64,000 nt of DNA, taken from assembly GCA_951406725.2 (NCBI GenBank), contig OX597819.1:92442001-92506000 (forward strand), written 5' to 3'. A model generated the notes under the pieces. The model saw only the letters and a list, made by a program, of their open reading frames with translations. It made no database searches and was not told the origin of the DNA. Positions within the stretch are counted from its first letter, which is position 1. Each line of letters starts with the position of its first letter. This DNA comes from Octopus vulgaris (Eukaryota). Both the position numbers and the translations under genes were made by a program. Shown piece by piece: positions 53,765 to 64,000 of the stretch.

Positions 53765-54153
53765 AAAGCGTTTGAAAAGGGGAATGACAATGATCTTTTT
53801 GTGTGCATAGTTTGTGACCGACCAGGCCTATCTTCTGCAGGGATTAAATCTCATTTGCGAAACCATGGAAAGCGAACCTCCACCAACTATTCTGCCTATA
53901 TGTCTGTGCACACATTTGAATGCAGTGTATGCCAGAAGGTTTGCAAATCTAACAGAGGCCTCAAAAACATTTTAAGATCCACAAACATCAGAATTCCTCT
54001 GCAGCTCTTGGTGGTCCAAATCGGATGTGCAATCTATGTGGGTGCCTTTTCAGAACATTGTCTGATTTAAAAAGTCACATCAGATGCCATGATGTTTCTA
54101 AGATGCAGGTACAGGAGGTGATCAAACTCTGCATAAGGAGTAGACAACCACCA
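53765..54153 (+). mobile_element. 3' end of an RTE-like LINE encoding three C2H2 zinc fingers
   Basis: CIVCDRPGLSSAGIKSHLRNH; CSVCQKVCKSNRGLK.HFKIH (frameshift); CNLCGCLFRTLSDLKSHIRCH. A short tail follows (GGTGATCAAACTC..GAGTAGACAACCACC). Confidence 0.65.
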
Positions 54154-54483
54154 AACACTTTATCGACCACATATACTTAATATACAAACACTGTGTTTTT
54201 TGCCAGCACTGTGCAATATCTCAGCTTTTATGTTTTTTCATAGATCGACCTCCCGGTTTTTAAATGATTCTCGAACTATGAACTGAGCGTGTAAGATTGC
54301 ATGGAGATACATGGCATCATATATTTAGATCTGCCAATTTAAGTACCGTAAGTCATGAAACTACTAGTAGTTTCATGTAATTGTGTATTTTAAATGTAAT
54401 TTTTGTCATTGTGCATTTTAAATGATAGTTATTTTACAATGGATGGAGTACTTTTTTTTATCTAACGTATAATGGAATTGCAA

Positions 54484-54576
<93 letters not shown>

Positions 54577-55200
54577 ATTGTGTATAAATAATACATATAT
54601 ATATATATATATATATAATATAATTTAAATAAGCAGAAAATGCTTAATTTAAATTTGATTCCTGATAAACTCTCGTATATCTTTGTTACTTCCTGTATCC
54701 TGTGAGCACATGATTTCATATGTATGCCCAGGATAAATTTCATTGAAGAAACAACTCCCCCAAAGTCTGAAGTGCATATGTCATGAGAACACATCATCTC
54801 AAGGGAAATGGTGTTTCCTGATGGTGAAATACAATAGTGTTCAGTACATTCTCCTTCAAATCTGTTAGAACATTTTTGAACAGATTTGGACGATATGCTT
54901 ATTGATTTTAGAAAGGAATATGCAATCATTGTTGAGAGACCAATATTTTCACATGCGTTCTAATGTTTGCTTATAAAAGTCACTAGACTGTAAACAAATG
55001 CATCAGTCATGGTATTTTCAATAAAACCGAGCATTTCCCCTATTCCTGGTACCATACTAGTTTAGTAAAATGCTAGTATCTGGCAGACTTCATAACGTGT
55101 TTGGCTACAGATTGAAGAGTCGATCATGCCTAATCCATAACCGGTGTTGCACCAATCGAGATTCATGTCATATAATTTCCGCTGCAACTGGCTCTAATTG

Positions 55201-55496
55201 TGGAGGCACATGGCCTAGTGGTTAGAGCAGCGGACTCGCGGTCGAGGGATCGTGGGTTCGAACCTCAGACCGGGCGATGTGTGTGTTTATGGGTGAAGCA
55301 CCTAAGCTCCACGCGGCTCCGGCAGAAAGTAATGGCGAACTTCTGTTGACTCTTTCGCCACAACTTTCTCTCACTCTTTCCTCCTGCATATTGCAGCTCA
55401 CCTGCGACGGACCGGCGTCCCGTCCAGGTGGGGAACCTATACCCCAAGGAAACCGGGAAACCGGCCCTTATGAGCCAGGCATAGCTCGAGAAGGAA
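55201..55496 (+). mobile_element. tRNA-derived SINE family D (V-domain-like core), full length with 16-bp TSD
   Basis: A box TGGCCTAGTGG, B box GGTTCGAACC, CTGCGACGGACCGGCGTCCCGTCCAGG. Perfect TSD CAACTGGCTCTAATTG at 55185-55200 and 55497-55512. Confidence 0.92.
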
Positions 55497-56473
55497 CAAC
55501 TGGCTCTAATTGCAAACTTTGAGAAACACCTGCTCTGCATGGAAACATTTACTATCAGTCAAATACTGTATTATACTAAGGAATGTTGATATTCATTCCG
55601 AAGTTACTAATTGTTTGACTTAGTTATGAAGATTAGCCGAACTACAAATTTATGTCTATTGAAGTATAGCTTTTCAGTGAGTTGATCATATATTGAAATA
55701 TGCATTAGTATACGTAAAAGTTCTTCAAATTTCTTTCTCCCCTTCCAAATTTGACTTGCATTTCCACTGAAGATTCTGAAAGTAGCTACTAACCATTTTG
55801 GGTTATATATTATTTCCTTCTTTCACTTGTCTCTCATCTAATCATAGGTTATTGATTAAAAGATTTAAATAGACATTAAAACATTCATAAATATTTAATA
55901 TTTCTCATTCAAGTTATTTTGTATAGCACAGGACAATTTAATTTATTTCTTCACATATCAGTTGAATGTGATGTGTTAAAATAGATTGCCACAGAACAGG
56001 AATAAGTGAAGAAATCTACGTAAAATTAGTCTAAAATTGAATTCGTGTGAAAAGAACCGCAATCATCACTTCTTATTTACATCAACGATCCTAACATTGA
56101 CTTCTTTACAATTGTAAGGTGTAGGTGGATGTATCAGTAGAAAGTGTTTTCCAAGGAACACCATTTTCAATGGAATATGTCTATCACCCGTAGTTATGCT
56201 TATCAAGTGAAAAAAAGATTTAGACAGCGCAGTACTCATGACTTTCTGAAACACTTTTTTACGCTCAGAATTATCGCGTCGATTGCAAGGTGTAAGAACG
56301 AACCACCCTTCAAAGATTTTAAGCTTAAACAATTTATCTACGCTACACTTGACAAACCTATGCAATCTTTCCTCCTAATAGCTCTTTTACTGTTCATATT
56401 TTCTCTTTTTTCACTGTATGTGCGCGCGCGTTATCGGTTTTCCGTGAATTTTTCACGGTTCCAGTTGTTGTTA

Positions 56474-56528
<55 letters not shown>

Positions 56529-56697
56529 GGCGGCAAGCTATCAGAGTTGATAGCACGCCGGGTGAAATACTTTGCAGCATTTCGACCGTCTTCACGTTCT
56601 GAGTTCATATTCCAGCGAGGTCGACCTTGCCTATCATTCTTTCAGGGTCAATAAATTAAGTACTAGCAATTCGGTCTTTGTGCATATAGTAGGAAGG

Positions 56698-56741
<44 letters not shown>
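56529..56741 (+). mobile_element. SINE family B with (ATT)n tail
   Basis: GGCGGCAAGCT..GAGGTCGACCTTGCCTATCATTCTTTCAGGGTCAATAAATTAAGTAC, with (ATT)n on both sides. Confidence 0.8.
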
Positions 56742-56743
<2 letters not shown>

Positions 56744-57175
56744 TAAAACTCACAGCTTATATTGCTGCGTATGATGGAAGGTGACACTTGCTTTACTGGT
56801 CATGCTTCAAGAACCCTGCGAAGAATTCTTGCAGTTCCAAGCAATGCTGATTTTTGTAGGTGCTCTACCTTCACACTTGCGCCGATTTTTTTCAGTCTTG
56901 TTGGTAGTTGAGTACTGATACTTCCAAGTGCTCCAATTACTCTTGGTTACACGTCTACTCTTTTATTTGACCACTACCTTCGTGTTTTCCACTTTAAATT
57001 GTCATAGTTGTTTGTTTTCTCTTCTTTCACATTGATCCTGTTGTCACCGGGGTATGCTTTGCCGATTATCATACCTGTTCTATATCTTTTATTCACCACA
57101 TCAATGCCCATTTTCCGATGAAGTGATCGCAGTGGATTATTGCGTTCCTACAAGATTTTGCAATTCTCAATTTTG
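56742..57175 (-). mobile_element. 3' fragment of an R4/Dong-like RLE non-LTR retrotransposon
   Basis: AYPGDNRINVKEEK..NYDNLKW...IGALGSIS...HLQKSALLGTARILRRVLEA*, then a short 3' UTR running into (TAA)n. Confidence 0.82.
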
Positions 57176-57194
57176 GTGACCCCTTCTGGGGTTT

Positions 57195-57343
57195 GCTGAT
57201 ACCAAGACAGACAAAATGCTTAACGGCATTTCGTTTGTCACATTCGGCAAAATTTAGTACCAGTGAATCACTGGTGTCGATGTTATCGACTAGTTCCCTC
57301 CCCACAAATTTCAGGCCTTGCGCTTATAGCAGAAAAGATTATT

Positions 57344-57345
<2 letters not shown>
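57195..57345 (+). mobile_element. SINE family B, deleted copy
   Basis: AAATGCTTAACGGCATTTCG..AGTACCAGTGAATCACTGGTGTCGAT..ATAGCAGAAAAG then (ATT/CAT)n. Confidence 0.65.
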
Positions 57346-57384
<39 letters not shown>

Positions 57385-57816
57385 TACTACTATTATTTTA
57401 GATATCGGTTTTGTATTGAATATCTTTCATTTATTTATTCGTGTTCTATTTATAAAGTTTTGAAACAGTAATCACGCATATGTTTTCGAATTTCTGTTCA
57501 CTAAGCCATCTAACAAGAATTACCAGAAATAATTCACTACCAGATGATACTTACAATGATACTTTAAGCATTATATAATCAAGTTTGTGTATCATAAACG
57601 AAATTTGTGTGATTGTGTTTGAAACATATACATATGCAGCCAAGTGCTCAGCAAAAGTCATACGTGCAAATACGTATGTATGTATGCATATTTTTCATCT
57701 GTGTATGTATCTATATGTCTATATAAGCATCTTATATATATATGTATGTTAAATAAAACGAGACAACAAGGCCAAAGCTGTGTAAAGTTTTCAGGACATT
57801 TATAAATAGAAAGTTA

Positions 57817-57864
57817 GTCTTACAGCTGTTTCTGGGGTATTAGGGATATCCCTTCATCAAAGAC
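57817..57864 (-). ncRNA. Type-I hammerhead (C3U)
   Basis: Minus strand GUCU-UUGAUGA-AGGGAUAUcccuaAUACCCCA-GAAA-CAGCUG-UA-AGAC, with palindromic stem III ACAGCUGU. Confidence 0.72.
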
Positions 57865-57995
57865 GATGTGAGATGGTTAAATAGAGGGAAATATTCTTCT
57901 TTCCACCTTGTTTCGCATTTATGTGCTTACTCCGGTACATATGCATAAACACAGACATACATATATATATAATATAATATAATACACACACATAT

Positions 57996-58047
<52 letters not shown>

Positions 58048-58051
58048 AGAT

Positions 58052-58438
58052 AGTAGAAAAGTAAAAAGAAAAAACTACAGAAGGCTTAAAGGTTAAAAAA
58101 TATATATATTTGCGTCAATATGTCTGAAGAATATTAAATTTTTTTTTTTCCTTACGATGACATAGTTTAGAAGAAAGACCGGTTTTGCGTTTAGCTTTTC
58201 AAATTTCTTGCGACGTTATGAAATTTGAAATCATAACGTCGTAAGAAATTTGAAAAGCTAAACGCGAAACCGGTCTTTCTTCTAAACTATGTCATCGTAA
58301 GGAAAAAAAAATTTAATATTCTTCAGACATATTGACGCAAATATATATATTTTTTAACTTGTAAGCCTTCTGTAGTTTTTTCACTTTTTACTATTTTCTA
58401 TATATTCAACCACGTGCTTTCACAAACCAACTTTCTTA
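58052..58438. mobile_element. Near-perfect foldback (arms about 170 bp, 9-nt loop at 58222-58230) with degenerate hammerhead motifs in both arms
   Basis: 58052-58221 is complementary to 58231-58400. AAGAAA-uUUGAAAA-GC(uaaac)GC-GAAA-CCGG-UC-UUUCUU at 58243-58281, mirrored at 58171-58209. Confidence 0.85.
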
Positions 58439-58584
58439 TATATATATATAAATGTGATGACCTATAACCACGGACTCTGCTACAGAGTCCTTTACTAATC
58501 TAAGCAGCATTGTTAGCCTAGTGCACTAACAGAGAGCTTACGAACCATTTCGCTCGGATTAATAATCCTTCAGAAAAATCACTG

Positions 58585-58621
<37 letters not shown>

Positions 58622-58957
58622 CATACACGCACATAAATTAACAACGTATGCTGAATAGATACATATGAGTAGATATATATGTTGAGTACATACATACCCC
58701 ACATGAAATATCTAAATTCGTCTCATGTGAAGTTTAAGTATAAATTTTTCTCGAATAGATAATACGATGGGTACATGCGAATATTTACATTCTATATGGT
58801 ACCCATTCAGGACACCAATGTGTTACTGCTAATATGCATTCTTCAGCATGTGCAGAAGTTATATTCCTGCGTAGACCTTCGCAGGAATATCGTTCAATGC
58901 GCGCACGCGCACACACACAAACACACATACATACAGACACGCACACACAGATATATA

Positions 58958-59590
58958 CGAGGGTGAATCACTCTGTACACGCAGTTATTTTCCTTTGGGC
59001 CAGAAAATTGATTGCATGAATACCGCTAGACGTGATCTGCTATTCAGTACATGTTAGGTCTGAATTTCAAACATCAATTAAATAATCAGTGTGATTACGT
59101 TTACAAGAGGTGTTTCGATGGCCGAAATGTATTAAAAGGCTTTTATTATAGTTTGGCGAAATCATTCTGCCGCTACTGACTGTCTTCGAATAGAGTGAAA
59201 AATTTTTTAATTGTCCTACAAGTCCTACGAGAACGGAAATTGACGCTCACCTATGTTCTCTGAAGATTTCTCAGCGCTAGACAAATCTATGACGTGGATT
59301 GTTTGAACAAATAGGCGGACATGGATAATTTAAACATAATACGCAAATTTCTTATTGTTCTGGCTACGAAATCATCCACGTGAGACTTGGTTTTATTAAG
59401 TTCATGCTAGGTCACATAAAATGTTGTATAACCGCATTAGCAAAACCGTTTTGAAGTCTGATAACGACATCTTTTGGGCCCTATTGTTACAATAGCAATA
59501 TATTCTGGAGGAAATCGTCAGTGGCACTATAAAATGGTTTCACTTTTCTCAGTGCTTTGCAGATAATTTACGGCTCTCTGTCACATGCAC
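58958..59590 (+). mobile_element. Old mariner-like remnant
   Basis: TA|CGAGGGTGAATCA start and faint transposase-like words (IIH..LGF.K). The right TIR is unclear. Confidence 0.4.
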
Positions 59591-60074
59591 GCATATACGG
59601 AGTGAAATATTATAAATATGTTTAACTTAACTATAACCAATCTCATTAGAAATACATGGTTTCTTTTGACACAGTTCTGCAATTTCCTTCAGATATTTCT
59701 TAAACGAATGCATATTCATAAACTCATACACACACACACAGACTCATGTATAGGTATGTGCATGCGTATGTATATTATACACACACAGCTGAAGTGAAGA
59801 CAGCATGTTCTTTGTCTATCTCCTTACCTTCTTGGAGGTCTTAGATAAAATTATACTAATGTGTCCATCTGTTTTAATTTAATTTAATTCTATGTTTTAT
59901 GTAGCTGAGGATTGCTCTACATTTAAATTGATGTAATGATTGCATTGTTCAATTAAATGGAGATGATTGAAACGATCGTACTGCATTATCTCTAGATATC
60001 CTTCTTGCTTATTTTGATTTTAATCACCTTATTTTAATCACCTATATATATATAATTATATATTTTTATTGATT

Positions 60075-60519
60075 TACTACTTTCCTTGTTTCAGTCATTG
60101 GATTGCGGGAATGCTGGTGCACAGCCTTGAAGGGTCTTGAAGGAAGAAATCGACCCCAGAATATTGTAAATCCTAGTACTTATTCTATCGGTCTCTTTTG
60201 CCGAACCACTAAGTTACGGTAAAATAAACGCACCAACAATTGTTGTAAAGTGGTATGGGGTTGGCAAATACAGGCACAAGAGGCACACATAGATATAAAC
60301 ATACATATACACATATATACATACGCACACACACTCACACACATAAACACACACACACACACATATATATATGTATACGGTGGGCTTCTTTGAGTTTCCT
60401 TCTACCAAATCCACTCACAATTCTTTTGTCAGCTCGTGGCTGTATTAGCAAACACTTGCCCAAGATGCCATGTAGTGGGACTGAACTCGAAACCTTGTGG
60501 TTGGAGAGCAAGCTTCTTA
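60075..60519 (-). mobile_element. SINE family A
   Basis: Reverse complement of 60746-61150. Confidence 0.88.
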
Positions 60520-60662
60520 TATATGTACATGCCTGCGTACATGTGTGTAGTTGGGCTTGTACATTATACATACATGCTCACTATATATCTGTGTGCGTCA
60601 TGCAGACACACACATGCACACATACAAATTTATGCACACGCACACAGACACGCCACCGCCCG

Positions 60663-60735
<73 letters not shown>

Positions 60736-60745
60736 TATACACACA

Positions 60746-61150
60746 GGCGCAGGAGTGGTTGTGTGGTAAGTAGCTTGTTTACCAACCACATAGTTCTGGG
60801 TTCAGTCCCCCTGCGTGGCACCTTGGGCAAGTGTCTTCTACTATAGCCTCGGGACGACCAAAGACTTGTGAGTGGATTTGGTGGACGGAAATTGAAAGAA
60901 GCCCGTCGTATATATGTATATATATATGTATGCGTGTGTGTGTTTGTGTGTCTGTGTTTGTCCCCCTAGCATTGCTTGACAACCGATGCTGGTGCGTTCA
61001 TGTCCCCGTTACTTAGCGGTTCGGCAAAAGATATCGATAGAATAAGTACTGGGCTTACAAAAGAATAAGTCCCGGGGTCGAGTTGCTCGATTAAAGGCGG
61101 TGCTCCAGCATGGCCGCAGTCAAAAATGACTGAAACAAGTAAAAGAGTAA
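60746..61150 (+). mobile_element. SINE family A, full length (reference copy)
   Basis: GGCGCAGGAGTGGTTGTGTGG A-box region, GGTTCAGTCCC B box, CORE-like GTGGCACCTTGGGCAAG, internal microsatellite, AAAAGAGT tail. Confidence 0.93.
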
Positions 61151-62645
61151 AATGAATATATACTCGAAAAGTGGGCAATGTCTTTTAGAGAATGAGATAA
61201 AATGCCCTACGCTATTTAACTGGGCTAAAACCACACCGGGGTCGACTTTGCGTTACATATTTTCTTAGATGATTCTACTGAGATCAATATCCTCTCTTCA
61301 CCATTATCTCTGTTTCTCACTGTGTATGTCTGTTTTTCAGTAAATTCCACTATTTCTTACTCTTTCAACAAATTCCGACGTAAAATGCAAAAGGAAATAG
61401 AAATAGAATTATATAACGAAAACTTCTGTCGTTGGGATTTATGAACTGTCGAGAGAACGAGCAATAATTATTTTGGGAAATAGTGGATTTCGAGGCAAAT
61501 CATATAAATTTATAAATAATAGCTTGTAAAAAGCGATCTACATTTCTGTCCCAGAGAAAATTTTCCATCCGTTATTTACCTCTTATTATATATAGCTTTG
61601 CGTGATGTACTTGGAGAGTCAATACTTTTCAAAAAACAAAAGAAAAAAAAATCAACTAAAAAGTATTTTATTTTTAGTTGATTTTTACCCTCAACACTAT
61701 CTGCACGAAAACAGTTCACACTTTTCTCTCTCTCTTTCTGTTTATATATATATATGTTTATATTTTTGCACACAGATATATTTATATATATCTATGCATA
61801 CATACTTATATGTATATATACATATATTGCACATGCATACATATATGCATTGGGAATATATACATACATATATATGTGTGTGTATGTGTAGAAAGTACAT
61901 TTTAGAATGTGTTGTTTCGCTTTGAGACGTTAGGACCTTGGGCATTGATTCACGAGAGATTTGTTTGCAGCTTCTTACAAACCAAAAGACCGTTTAGAGG
62001 TTCATAACGGTTTATATAACATTTTTGTTATACTTTGCTTTGTAGCCTTTCTCGTAAAAGAAAATAATAATATATAATACACTTTGAGGAGTAAAAATAG
62101 CAGAAAAAAACAAACTGAACACGAAATTTTCCAGAAGCTTAAAATGAAAATTAAATACAATTAAAAATAATGAAAAAGTAAAAGGAAAATAGGAATGATA
62201 TAAATGTTTTTGAAGTTAGGATATTTACTGATGGATTAACAGCTTCTGTCGTCATCAATCAGGATAAATTTTGTTCTGAAGAAATAAATGCCATAATTAA
62301 GTCATGTAGTAGTGTAAAGAGCGAATTTTCCACTGTATTTATCAAAGTGACACACACGAATCGATCCGTAAATCTACTTCAGTCTGACGTAAAAGAAATC
62401 ATTTCCGATTTTCTTATGACCTATTTTTAAATGTGTCAGCAACAAAAAGGAAAATCAAAAAAGGAAAAAAAAAAATCAAAATGAAAGACAAACTTTAGTC
62501 AGAATGTTCCTGAATGTTATACGAGATGTTGAGAGCAAGTGTTACTGAAAGCTCTGAAGGAAGGAAGCTCTAATTCCTGATTGTAAATGTTCGACAGACT
62601 TTGATTTAGATGATGATGATGATGATAATAATAATAATAATAATG

Positions 62646-62685
<40 letters not shown>

Positions 62686-62687
<2 letters not shown>

Positions 62688-62884
62688 GCTTCAAAATTTG
62701 GTAAAAGGCCAGAAGCTTCAAGGAAGGAGACAAGACGAGTACTCAAATGTTACTTATTTTTTTGATCCTGAAAAGATGAAAGGTAAAGTCAACCTCGTCC
62801 GAATTTGAACTTAGAACGTAAATGCAGCAGGACGAAATACAACTAAGAATTAGCGTGATAACGCTACTTCTAGCTCGTTACCTT
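62686..62884 (-). mobile_element. SINE family B, decayed, with (TAA)n tail
   Basis: GATGAAAGGTAAAGTCAACCTCG..GAATTTGAACTTAGAACGT is the reverse complement of the family core. Confidence 0.7.
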
Positions 62885-63688
62885 AACAACAACAACAACA
62901 ACGACGATTATGATCTTGATGTTGAAGATGGCATCTCCCGTCGAAGAAGACGTATGGGCTTTCGGTTTTTGCAGAACGATCTGCACAAATGGTTTATTCG
63001 TAGTGGTCAAATGTATGTGCTCAATCCCTCAATCAAATCGTCATTTCCTGCACACGCCCACCACGCGCCAAATGTCGAAATGTTCGCAGAACAATGTGAA
63101 ATGATGTGTGTTACTGAAGAACATCATGTACCAACCAGTCCGCTAACCGAACTCACTATCTAGCGATCATGATTACAACATCCTAATCACTAGGTCACGC
63201 ACCTTCACATGAATAATAATAATTATGAAGAGTTTCGAACGCAAAATAAACAAATTATTATTAAAATTAAATATGATATTGGAGTAGCAACATGAAACAC
63301 TTTCAGAGGTTCTCACTTACATGGGGAATCCATTAGGTTCCTTCAAAGAACACCTACACAACCTCATTACACGTTGTTCCTGAGATTTCCCAAATCACTC
63401 ATAAGCATTTCGTAGAAACCACTTCCTTCGAATGATCCACATCTCAACAATAGATTTTAACATATTCATAAATCTTACACTTATTTTCTATCAAAACTCA
63501 TTCTCTAAAATTACTCTCGTCTCCACAGCGTTCGCCCGAGCTAAGGTTACTTCTTTATATTGGATATGTTATCATCATCCAATTTATATAACACTTGGAG
63601 CAGTAATTAGAACAATTGGATTATTGTTGTACAGTTATATTTTGTCGGGCACCAGGAAAAACTGAAGCCTGTCTGTTTTTAAGAAATA

Positions 63689-64000
63689 TGCGGTGGTATC
63701 AAAAGCTTCTCGGACGAGTGATGTTTAATAAAAAAAAAATAACATATTTAAATAAGTTTTAACATCGTCGCCTTCGAAATAGTTACCTTGCGGAACAATA
63801 CATCAGTCCCAGCGTTCCTACCACTTTAGGAATCCGGTAAGCGACTCGACGACCTTCTGCAATTCACTTTGGATTTCGACTAAGGTGTTAACGCAGCGAC
63901 TTTTAAACTGCATTTTCATCTTAGGAAAGAGATAAAATTATCCAACGGCTAAATCTGGCGAATAGGGTAGGTGTTGAAGCAATACCATATTGTTTCTCGC
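63689..64000 (-). mobile_element. 3' end of a mariner transposon (runs off the window)
   Basis: Minus strand HLPYSPDLA..FYLFPKMKMQFK. TIR TA|TGCGGTGGTATCAAAAG resembles 47831. Confidence 0.85.

Noticed and set aside
54600-55980. Possible old DNA-transposon coding remnant around the family-D SINE
   Set aside because: No diagnostic motif or termini that I can support.
58515-58585. CUGAAGG..GAAA on the minus strand with small hairpins
   Set aside because: Stems I and III cannot be formed. At most a deleted remnant.

Overview
AT-rich, microsatellite-saturated eukaryotic DNA with no host protein-coding exon that I can support. The SINE families, an invertebrate-type mitochondrial ND1 fragment and the (TA)n/(TATG)n/(TATC)n load suggest a cephalopod, probably an octopus (inference). 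Nearly all long ORFs in the track are microsatellite read-throughs (YI/HT/VC/LSIY) and are not genes. The window contains decayed transposons: Penelope-like elements (RT + GIY-YIG), RTE and R4/Dong LINE fragments, Tc1, mariner and maT remnants, Helitrons, foldback MITEs, four tRNA-derived SINE families and a NUMT. Two things stand out. (1) About eleven type-I hammerhead-ribozyme motifs, from several unrelated sequence families, mostly sit in short Penelope-type elements in or beside (TA)n tracts. One is essentially intact (20197-20261), and two foldback elements carry a hammerhead on each strand. (2) A 2.4-kb, TSD-flanked, ORF1-only (RRM-like region + CCHC knuckle, no RT) Tx1/L1-like retroelement is inserted into the tRNA head of a SINE (3498-5911). 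All calls were made by eye, and boundaries of decayed elements are approximate.
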